Below are positions 47,910-55,190 of a stretch of 64,000 nt of DNA, one piece after another. The notes under the pieces were generated by a model, which saw only the letters and a list, made by a program, of their open reading frames with translations, had not been told where the DNA came from and searched no databases. The translations under genes and the position numbers were made by a program. Every line of letters begins with the position of its first letter. Position 1 is the stretch's first letter. This stretch comes from Candidatus Brennerbacteria bacterium (GTDB lineage Bacteria; Patescibacteriota; Minisyncoccia; UBA6257; GWB1-50-10), in assembly GCA_016183535.1 (NCBI GenBank), contig JACPEK010000002.1, positions 1,382 to 65,381 on the forward strand, given 5' to 3'.

Positions 47910-49431
47910 AGTTTTTTAAACGCTTCTCCGCAATGGCGAAGTATTTTTTCTCTATTTCAAAACCGATGAATTTCCTATTTTTTCTCAAGGCGGCGACTCC
48001 TGTAGTGCCGCTTCCCATGAAGGGGTCGAAAACCGTTTGTTTCGGGGAGGTGAATATCTCAATCAGCCGCTCCATAAGGTCTATCGGTTTTATAGTCATG
48101 TGGTCAATGAGTTTTCTTGAGTTCGGTTTTTTATAGTTCAGCACGGTCGTTTGTTGCGATTCGGGAAAATCCGTTTGGATAAGTCCCGTGCGCCATGTGA
48201 GCCAGTTTTCGACGAATGTCCCTTCTTTCGGCTTGTGCGCGAGCAGAATCGCCTCGAATTTCGGTCGTAGTTGAGGGGTTTTTCTGTTTTCAAGGCTCTT
48301 GATAATCTGCTCTTTTTCGTGCGCGGGGATCTTCATCTTTTTCACGAAGTGGTTTTGAGTGAACGCTTTTCCTTGCCCGCCGTTATGCTCCCATATCAGC
48401 ATATCCCGTATTTCAAAACCGGCGTTTTCGGCCGCGAGCGCGAGACGGTGGAAGAGTCTTCCCTGCGAAAATGAGATCATAAATCCTCCGGGCTTGAGCA
48501 CTCGTAACGCTTCGTGGAAAACTTTGGTGAAAAATTTTTCGAGCTTTTTTCCTTGTTCAGGATCGAATTTCATGCCTACCGGGAGGCCTTGTATCGCTCC
48601 GGCCCTTGCCGATTTTTGTTTCAGTTTGGCATCCGACCACTCGTTGTCCATCCCATCAAGAAAATAAGGGGGATCGGTGGCGATAAAATCTACGCTGTTC
48701 GTGTCAATACTTTTGAATGCGTCCAAGCAGTCAGCGAGATAAATTGAGACGTTACGCCAAGTTTTTTTATCAACGATCTTTTTCCCGCTCGTTTTCTCGG
48801 CGACGCGTTCCGGTGTTATTGCGGGCGCGGATTTTTTGTTTCGGATAACGTCGACAAAAACACCTTGGATTGCAAAGTCCTTTTTTCCCCACTTGACGAT
48901 GATCGGCTCGAAGTTTTTGTTCGCGGGCTGAAGGCGAATTTGGTTCCTCTCCTTGTAGTAAGTTTTCAAAGTAGTGTCATAGTTATCGATGAGCGCGACC
49001 ACCTTCTGCCCGTTCTCCGCGACCGATTGATGGCGAACCAATATGATGTCGCTGTCATTGATATTTTCTTCGACCATACTCTCGCCTTGCACGCGCAACG
49101 CGTACACGTTGCCCGCATTCGGAATCCGGTTCGCGGGGACGGCGATCGTTTCGGTGGGTGTATCGAAGAGCGTGAGCGGTTGTCCGGCAACGATGGTGCC
49201 GAGTAGGGGAATTTGAACCATGGAGGTTGCTTCAAATATCTGCACCCCTCTTCGTTGGTTTTTGTTCAGCTGAAGGTATCCCGCGTCCTCCAAATTTTGG
49301 AGATGTTCATGCACAGTGCCGACCGCTCGCTTGAGGCCGGCGGCTATCTCGGGGATGGAAGGGGAGTATCCGCGCCTCCGCGCGTATTTAGTAACAAAGT
49401 CGAGCACCTCTTTTTTCTTATCGGTGAGCAT
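47893..49431 (-). CDS. Fusion protein: full-length LexA-like repressor (wHTH plus S24 autopeptidase) joined to a beta-class N6A/N4C DNA methyltransferase
   Basis: aa 1-205 form a LexA domain (MLTDKKKEVLDFV...PSIPEIAAGL; IPLLGTIVAGQP; GESM Ser and KTYY Lys). From aa ~225 onward it is an MTase (SVDFIATDPPYF motif IV, FDPFMGSGTT motif I). It is a single 512-codon ORF with no internal stop. Confidence 0.65.
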   Translation of the reverse strand: MLTDKKKEVLDFVTKYARRRGYSPSIPEIAAGLKRAVGTVHEHLQNLEDAGYLQLNKNQRRGVQIFEATSMVQIPLLGTIVAGQPLTLFDTPTETIAVPANRIPNAGNVYALRVQGESMVEENINDSDIILVRHQSVAENGQKVVALIDNYDTTLKTYYKERNQIRLQPANKNFEPIIVKWGKKDFAIQGVFVDVIRNKKSAPAITPERVAEKTSGKKIVDKKTWRNVSIYLADCLDAFKSIDTNSVDFIATDPPYFLDGMDNEWSDAKLKQKSARAGAIQGLPVGMKFDPEQGKKLEKFFTKVFHEALRVLKPGGFMISFSQGRLFHRLALAAENAGFEIRDMLIWEHNGGQGKAFTQNHFVKKMKIPAHEKEQIIKSLENRKTPQLRPKFEAILLAHKPKEGTFVENWLTWRTGLIQTDFPESQQTTVLNYKKPNSRKLIDHMTIKPIDLMERLIEIFTSPKQTVFDPFMGSGTTGVAALRKNRKFIGFEIEKKYFAIAEKRLKNYEKTG

Positions 49432-49537
49432 AACTTTCGTCTTCTTTCAGTATGTTATAATTCTACTAAACCGACCCGAAAGAAAACCGAAAGTCTGTGG
49501 ATAACTAAAAGGTCGTTTAGATTAAAGCATTATTAAC

Positions 49538-49660
49538 ATGGTTGAAGAAAATGATACCATTGGTGAACTTCGTCAGCAGTTCAATGAACTCGAAAAGCGA
49601 GTAGTAACTATTGAGGAAAAGTTGGCTGAATTAGAGAAGGAGGGACAATCTCAAAACTGA
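49538..49660 (+). CDS. Hypothetical 40-aa coiled-coil peptide (not in the ORF track, below 60 aa)
   Basis: MVEENDTIGELRQQFNELEKRVVTIEEKLAELEKEGQSQN. AT-rich, just beyond the R-M operon on the opposite strand. Confidence 0.25.
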   Translation: MVEENDTIGELRQQFNELEKRVVTIEEKLAELEKEGQSQN

Positions 49661-49769
49661 TCACCTACGTTAAAACCTCGCCCCACGGCGAGGTTTCGGT
49701 TGAAATTTTTCCGAAAACGAGGTATAATCAGAAAAAAGTAGGGGATTCGCGTCCCAACCTGAAAGCCGT

Positions 49770-50078
49770 TTGACTTCCAAGCCGGGGCAGCCCGGAATTT
49801 GTTCTATGTCACAAGGAATCGACCTGAAAACAGCTGCATATAGATACGCTAAGAATTCTATAAGAACGTTTGTGGAGGGAGGGAAATACGCCCGTGACAA
49901 AAAACCAAGGAGTATAGCTTGGTTGTTAGGAGTTGTTGGAGAATCTGGAGTCAGTAGGGATGATTTGGTGAGAATTTTTTCGGAGTTAAGCACTTACCCT
50001 ATGGACGCAGAAGGGAGAATTAGGTTTGAAGAGGGCAAACGAAAGATCGAAGAAATGATCGAAAGGCGAACTCGATGA
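49770..50078 (+). CDS. Hypothetical protein
   Basis: 102 aa ORF (alternative start 49806, MSQGIDLKT) with no recognisable domain, inside the AT-rich island. Confidence 0.35.
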   Translation: MTSKPGQPGICSMSQGIDLKTAAYRYAKNSIRTFVEGGKYARDKKPRSIAWLLGVVGESGVSRDDLVRIFSELSTYPMDAEGRIRFEEGKRKIEEMIERRTR

Positions 50079-50398
50079 ATTCGACAATCACAGTTTGTGA
50101 GAATTGCAAAAAGGAAACCGACCAGGTTATCCTCACCGCTTTTGTGGGTGACAAGAAGTTAATCGAACCTCTTGAAAGTGCGCCGTTTAGGTGTGGTCGT
50201 TGCAAGCGGTCTCTGGCACCGAATGAGAAGTTCTTTAGAGTTACTGCGACTATTTTATATGTTTGCAAAAATGGCCACACCGGTGATCATCCAGACGTTG
50301 AGGCTAAAATGGATGAGGATTCAAGAGAGTGGGAAGGGCATTTTGTGTGTGAAGAATGTGGAGAGGAAATGAAAATCGATGGAGAAAGAGTAGGGTAA
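50075..50398 (+). CDS. Zinc-ribbon protein with four CxxC pairs
   Basis: CENC...CGRC...C-x8-H...CEEC; 107 aa. Its start overlaps the previous stop (ATGA). Confidence 0.45.
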   Translation: MNSTITVCENCKKETDQVILTAFVGDKKLIEPLESAPFRCGRCKRSLAPNEKFFRVTATILYVCKNGHTGDHPDVEAKMDEDSREWEGHFVCEECGEEMKIDGERVG

Positions 50399-50515
50399 GA
50401 AAAATTCATGCCCTCCCACGGCGCGATCATCGAAGAAAGCCCGTAGCCCTCATTCGCCAATTCGCGCGAATAAGCGAATAGTTCCCGCCGTCCAGTTTTG
50501 AGGTAGAATGTGGTC

Positions 50516-51100
50516 ATGCTGAAAGCCGTCATCTTTGATCTTAATGGAGTTTTCGTAAAAAGCCGTAAGTTGAGCGAACGCTTTCATGAGCGATTCGGCG
50601 TTGCACCCGAAGAATTCTTTTCCGCACTGAACGTCATTATGGCAAAAGTGCGCATGCCGAATGCCGGCGACTCCTTTGCATACTGGGAGCCGTATTTTGA
50701 GAAGTGGGGCGTGGGACTCACGAAGGAGGCATTCCTCGATTTTTGGTTTTCGGGCGAGGAGGAAGTGCCCGAGATGGTATCGCTCGCCCGCGAGCTAAAA
50801 GCAAAAGGAGTAAAGCTATTCATTCTTTCCAACAATTTTTCCGAGCGCACCGTGTTTTATCAGGAGCATTTTCCGTTCCTTCGGGAACTTTTTGATAAGG
50901 TGTATTACTCTTGGCAAACGGGCTTTCGGAAGGATAGCGAGAAGGCGTATCAGAATCTTCTCACGGAGAACAGCCTCGCGCCGGGGGACTGCGCGTTTTT
51001 TGATGATTCACCGGAGAATATTGAAATAGCCCGCCGCCTCGGCATCCAGGCGTACCCATTTGAAAACCCCGAGCGCACCCGCAGTATTTTAGTGAAATAA
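50516..51100 (+). CDS. HAD-superfamily hydrolase
   Basis: Motif I FDLNGV(F), motif II SNN, motif IV FFDDS. Start set at the ATG 7 nt after a TAGAAT box; the ORF track's GTG at 50510 overlaps the -10 box. Confidence 0.75.
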   Translation: MLKAVIFDLNGVFVKSRKLSERFHERFGVAPEEFFSALNVIMAKVRMPNAGDSFAYWEPYFEKWGVGLTKEAFLDFWFSGEEEVPEMVSLARELKAKGVKLFILSNNFSERTVFYQEHFPFLRELFDKVYYSWQTGFRKDSEKAYQNLLTENSLAPGDCAFFDDSPENIEIARRLGIQAYPFENPERTRSILVK

Positions 51101-51221
51101 CCCATGTTCCACGGCGCCATCATTGAAGAAAGCTTGTGATTGGGATTGACAAATAGCACGGAAACGTGCTACTTTGTTTTCAGTTCTAATTCACTGTTTT
51201 CTCACTTCAACGGAGGTTGTG

Positions 51222-51557
51222 ATGACAACCAAAATAGTGACGGCATTAACACTTGGGTTCGTGGTCGGTGTCCTGGTCGGTGTTTTTCTCATCCAGAAAG
51301 ATCCGTCCGCTCAGGTGGGCACTCAAGAGGACGTGGCGATGCTCCGCTTCCTCGTGAACATGGAGAAGGGACAGGCAAAACCGTTCGATGATCTTGAACT
51401 GGGGACATACCGAATCGGTGCCCTCGTCGACGACTACACAATGGTGCTAATCCAGCCGGTCCCGAAAGGACACATCCCGATTCTGGTCCGGAACGTTCCT
51501 TTGCATGCCATTCGGAACGGTTTCGTTTACAAATATTATCCTTTTGAGCCCTCTTGA
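51222..51557 (+). CDS. Hypothetical small membrane protein
   Basis: GGAGG RBS; a single N-terminal TM helix; 111 aa. Confidence 0.5.
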   Translation: MTTKIVTALTLGFVVGVLVGVFLIQKDPSAQVGTQEDVAMLRFLVNMEKGQAKPFDDLELGTYRIGALVDDYTMVLIQPVPKGHIPILVRNVPLHAIRNGFVYKYYPFEPS

Positions 51558-51570
51558 ATGGTTTATCGCG

Positions 51571-51606
51571 CGGGTGCTTCGATTAATCGAAGCACCCGTT
51601 TTTTGT
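51571..51606 (+). terminator. Rho-independent terminator (duplicated element, copy 1)
   Basis: CGGGTGCTTCGA-TTAA-TCGAAGCACCCG perfect hairpin followed by TTTTTTGTTG. A near-identical copy lies at 52945-52977. Confidence 0.75.
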
Positions 51607-51627
51607 TGTCCGGAGTATAATAGGTGT

Positions 51628-51819
51628 ATGTCACACCGAAGCTTTGCGCGCGCGGCGGGAGTGGTGTTTGCGTTCGTGTTCATCGTCCACCTTCTGCGGC
51701 TCGTGCTCGGTTGGGAGGCGGTGATCGGGGGGGTCGTGATACCCATGTGGGTGAGCGGGCTCGGGCTTATCATCGCCGGCATCCTTGGCTACTACGGTTT
51801 CCGTCATCAGCGGCAATAG
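51628..51819 (+). CDS. Hypothetical small membrane protein (63 aa, two TM helices)
   Basis: TATAAT at 51616-51621 sits 6 nt upstream of the ATG, so the mRNA is probably leaderless. Confidence 0.45.
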   Translation: MSHRSFARAAGVVFAFVFIVHLLRLVLGWEAVIGGVVIPMWVSGLGLIIAGILGYYGFRHQRQ

Positions 51820-51821
51820 GC

Positions 51822-52937
51822 ATGAACTATCAATTGACGGTGGAACGGCTCCTCGCGCGTGCGGGGATAACGATAAACGGCGATGAGCCATGGGACATTC
51901 GGGTTGCGAACGAAGGTTTCTACCGGCGGGTAATCCGTAAAGGATCGCTTGGTCTTGGCGAATCGTACATGGACGGTTGGTGGGATGCGCCGAAGCTCGA
52001 CGAATTTTTCTTTCGGGCGCTCCGCACAAATCTTAGGAAAGAAGTCGGTATTTCTTTCGCGCAATTCGTGCTGTTCCTGCGGAGCGTTATCCTGAACCCC
52101 CAGCGTCATTCGCGGGCGTTCATCATCGGCAAACGGCACTATGACCTCGGGAACGATTTCTATACCGCGATGCTTGACCAACGTATGGCATACAGCTGTG
52201 GATACTGGAACGGCGCGAAAAACTTAGACGAGGCACAGGAGGCGAAGTTGGACCTCATCTGTAGAAAGCTTGGGCTTCAGCCGGGGATGAACGTGTTAGA
52301 TATCGGATGCGGATGGGGAAGTTTCGTGAAATATGCGGCGGAGCATTATAACGTGAAAGTTCTCGGCATTACGGTTTCCAAGGAGCAAGCGGTGTACGGC
52401 GCGAATCTTTGCGAGGGACTTGCGGGTTCTACTGTCCGTTATGCAGACTACCGCACATTAAACCGCCAATTCGACCGCATTGTGTCGGTCGGGATGTTCG
52501 AGCATGTGGGGCGCAAGAACTACCACACCTTTATGGAAGTGGTGCACCGAAATCTTGCACCGGACGGGCTTGCACTTCTCCACACGATTGGCGGGAACGC
52601 CTCGGTCTGGTGCAACGATATATGGATCGACAGATATATTTTCCCGAACTCCATGCTACCATCAGTCGCACAGATCAGTCGCGCCATCGAGGGGCTCTTC
52701 GTGATGGAGGACTGGCATAGCTTCGGCGCCGATTACGACCGAACACTCATGGCGTGGTTTCAAAACTTCGACGCGCACTGGGGCCGACTCCAAACGAAAT
52801 ACGGCGATCGCTTCTACCGCATGTGGAAATACTACTTGCTTTCATGCGCCGGCTCGTTTCGGGCGCGGCGCAACCAGCTCTGGCAGGTGGTGCTTTCAAA
52901 GAAGGGCGTGCCGGGCGGATATCGCTCGGTACGATGA
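51822..52937 (+). CDS. cfa: Cyclopropane-fatty-acyl-phospholipid synthase family SAM-dependent methyltransferase
   Basis: VLDIGCGWGSF SAM motif; LHTIG, YRMWKYYL C-terminal motifs. Start at MNYQLTV directly after the previous stop. Confidence 0.8.
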   Translation: MNYQLTVERLLARAGITINGDEPWDIRVANEGFYRRVIRKGSLGLGESYMDGWWDAPKLDEFFFRALRTNLRKEVGISFAQFVLFLRSVILNPQRHSRAFIIGKRHYDLGNDFYTAMLDQRMAYSCGYWNGAKNLDEAQEAKLDLICRKLGLQPGMNVLDIGCGWGSFVKYAAEHYNVKVLGITVSKEQAVYGANLCEGLAGSTVRYADYRTLNRQFDRIVSVGMFEHVGRKNYHTFMEVVHRNLAPDGLALLHTIGGNASVWCNDIWIDRYIFPNSMLPSVAQISRAIEGLFVMEDWHSFGADYDRTLMAWFQNFDAHWGRLQTKYGDRFYRMWKYYLLSCAGSFRARRNQLWQVVLSKKGVPGGYRSVR

Positions 52938-52944
52938 TATGAAC

Positions 52945-52977
52945 GGGCGCTTTGATTCATCGAAGCACCCGTTTTTT
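52945..52977 (+). terminator. Rho-independent terminator (duplicated element, copy 2)
   Basis: CGGGCGCTTTGATTCATCGAAGCACCCG imperfect hairpin followed by TTTTTTGTTG. Confidence 0.6.
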
Positions 52978-53001
52978 GTTGGGTTAGGGTAGAATGAAAG
53001 T

Positions 53002-53478
53002 ATGAATATTCGAAAGGGGATTGCGCTTGTGGTGGCGGTGGGGGCGTCGCTTCTCGCGGGCGCTATCGGTTCCATATTCACCGCATCCTCAGTCTCCTTG
53101 TGGTACCCGACACTCATGAAACCGGCGCTCAACCCTCCCTCGTGGGTTTTTGGCCCCGTGTGGACCGTGCTCTACGTGCTTATGGGTATTGCGGCGTTCC
53201 TCGTGTGGAGGCAAGGGTGGGAGCGGCGCGACGTAAAAGACGCGCTCAAGATATTTGCGCTCCAGCTCGTGCTGAATGCGCTTTGGTCCGTACTCTTCTT
53301 CGGGCTCCAAAGCCCGCTTCTCGCGCTCGTGGGCATCGTGCTCTTGTGGGGCGCAATACTCTGGGTTATATCTGCGTTCGCACGCATTTCACGCCCTGCG
53401 GCGTGGCTTTTGGTGCTCTACCTCGCGTGGGTTACCTTCGCGACATATCTCAATGCCGCCATCTGGCTCTTGAACTAG
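53002..53478 (+). CDS. tspO: TspO/MBR family tryptophan-rich sensory protein
   Basis: 158 aa, 5 TM helices, W-rich (PSWVFGPVWTVLY, LNALWSVLFF). GGGTAGAAT box 8 nt upstream of the ATG. Confidence 0.85.
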   Translation: MNIRKGIALVVAVGASLLAGAIGSIFTASSVSLWYPTLMKPALNPPSWVFGPVWTVLYVLMGIAAFLVWRQGWERRDVKDALKIFALQLVLNALWSVLFFGLQSPLLALVGIVLLWGAILWVISAFARISRPAAWLLVLYLAWVTFATYLNAAIWLLN

Positions 53479-53559
53479 GTGCTCGGAGTTTTTGCCGGTT
53501 AATTGACGATGTCTTGCGTTCGGGCGTAGGGTTTCGTTGTGTTGGGGTAGAATGAAGAT

Positions 53560-53652
53560 ATGAACACGAGCCTCGCAACGACAAAGGCTTATGACAAGAT
53601 CGCGCCGCGCTACAATCCGGCCGGTCGCCGGAAAAGCGCGGCAACGGTCTGA
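53560..53652 (+). pseudogene. Truncated N-terminal fragment of a UbiE/MenG-like class I methyltransferase (copy 1)
   Basis: MNTSLATTKAYDKIAPRYN then an early stop. It is preceded by the GGGTAGAATGaAGAT promoter cassette and is ~85% identical to copy 2. Confidence 0.5.
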
Positions 53653-53814
53653 AATTGGTTCGGGAAGTGGTACTTGCTAATCCGATAGATTTATTTTTCG
53701 AGAGCGGTGACGCGGAAGTGCACCTCAAAGGCGACGATAAATATTTTCGGGTTACGCGCGGTCCCAATGTAGTTCGGGGTTGTATGGCAAAAATTAATTT
53801 TTAGCTAATACAAT

Positions 53815-54108
53815 ATGAAAATACCATTAGAAAAATTCGGCACCACTCTTATCTCACGCGAACTGGGTAGCGAGGCGTTCAAGGCGTTTCAGCCCACCTT
53901 GTTGGAACTGCCGCCCCATGAAGAGTTGGAAATCGATTTTTCCGGAATATTAACGTTGTCACCTTCGTGGGCGGATGAATTTTTAAGCCCTCTCCTTGAG
54001 CGATTCGGTGAACGGCTGGTGTTGTTGCCTTCCGACAATCTCTCGGTGCACGCAACTTTGAAAATTCTGCAAGAGGCGAATAAACGCCCGTTCAAATTTA
54101 GGCAGTGA
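53815..54108 (+). CDS. DUF4325-like (STAS-like) small protein
   Basis: 97 aa; the ELEIDFSGILTLSPSWADEFLSPL pattern matches STAS-like DUF4325. An AT-rich promoter lies upstream. Confidence 0.5.
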   Translation: MKIPLEKFGTTLISRELGSEAFKAFQPTLLELPPHEELEIDFSGILTLSPSWADEFLSPLLERFGERLVLLPSDNLSVHATLKILQEANKRPFKFRQ

Positions 54109-54244
54109 GCCTCTCGGTCACTTCGCACCCTCGCCTTGCTTGCTTCGGAGCAACGGGGGAGTGTAGCACCGTTAATCCCTCATTCGCCAATTCGCGCGAA
54201 TTGGTGAATGATTCCCGCTGTGCGTTTTAGGGTAGAATGGAGAT

Positions 54245-54316
54245 ATGAACACGAACCTTGCGACGACAAAGGCGTACGATAAGATGGCACCGCACTACAG
54301 TAAGATTCATTTTGAT
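54245..54316 (+). pseudogene. Truncated N-terminal fragment of a UbiE/MenG-like methyltransferase (copy 2)
   Basis: MNTNLATTKAYDKMAPHYSKIHF then a stop. The upstream 70 nt duplicate the cassette found before the HAD gene (ATTCGCGCGAAT palindrome plus GGGTAGAATG). Confidence 0.5.
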
Positions 54317-54478
54317 CCGAATGAGCAGAGGATGATTCGCCGATCAGTTGAAGCATCGGGCGTTCTATAAGGCGTCTTACCGAGCTTTTTGTGAGACAAA
54401 TTGCGGCCTTTTGTGGTTGTCCACAGGCAGAGACGACAGTGGGGAGTAAGATAAAAGAGAAGTAATAAAGAACAGCTC

Positions 54479-54546
54479 GGCGTTTCGAGAGTACACATAG
54501 TGTGAGACCACGCGGTCTTGTGTGTTCTCGAAACGCCGTTTTTGTT
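54479..54546 (+). terminator. Long compound hairpin terminator
   Basis: GGCGTTTCGAGAGTACACA...TGTGTTCTCGAAACGCC with an inner AGACC/GGTCT stem, followed by TTTTTGTTTG. Confidence 0.6.
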
Positions 54547-54586
54547 TGCGCGCGAAGCGCAAAAAGGTCAGTTAATCTCAAAAATT

Positions 54587-55180
54587 ATGGATGAACAAAA
54601 TCAAAATCAATTTGGCGCAGGTCCGGCGAATGTTCCGCCTGTGGTGAGCCAGCCCGCAGTGAACCGATCGAATCTGCCGAACCCACCCGTGACAGAACCC
54701 TCAAATCCACGGAAATCGAAGTTCTGGAAATTCGTGGCGTGGTTTGTTGCGATTGTGATCGTGGCGGCTGCAGGACTGTGGGCGATTGGGGATTATCAGT
54801 ATTCGGAGGGTATTAAAGCTTTTGAGAAATGGGCGGAGGATACAAAGCGCGCGACGGAAGAGTTTGAGGCGAGAAAGGCGGCGGACACCTTCGGCGGCGC
54901 GACGCCGCAGGAAACGCTCCGTGTGTACATTGAAGCGGTTGAGAAAGGTGATTACGAATTGGCGAGTAAGTATTTTGTATTTGATCGCCAGGAGAAGGAA
55001 TTAAGAAGTCTCACTAATTCGCCACCAGATAATGTCGTAAACGTAACGCGACTTCTAAGGGAGGCACTGAATAATGAGGGAAGTTATTCGGCTGACAGAA
55101 AAGAATTCGCAATTAGAAGACCAATCCTCGTGGACTTTATTCTCTATCCTAGCGGCCTTTGGAAAATTGTAGAGATCTAA
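54587..55180 (+). CDS. Hypothetical membrane-anchored protein (Q/N/P-rich N-terminus, one TM helix, alpha/beta periplasmic domain)
   Basis: 197 aa; TM WKFVAWFVAIVIVAAAGLWAI. It lies immediately upstream of the giant surface protein. Confidence 0.5.
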   Translation: MDEQNQNQFGAGPANVPPVVSQPAVNRSNLPNPPVTEPSNPRKSKFWKFVAWFVAIVIVAAAGLWAIGDYQYSEGIKAFEKWAEDTKRATEEFEARKAADTFGGATPQETLRVYIEAVEKGDYELASKYFVFDRQEKELRSLTNSPPDNVVNVTRLLREALNNEGSYSADRKEFAIRRPILVDFILYPSGLWKIVEI

Positions 55181-55190
55181 AAAATTCGCG

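Noticed and set aside
47893-49431. Possibility that the LexA-methyltransferase ORF is really two adjacent genes
   Set aside because: The frame is continuous, with no stop, start or RBS signature between the S24 domain end (~aa 205) and the methyltransferase motif IV (~aa 255). The fusion call is kept, but a sequencing frameshift cannot be excluded without reads.
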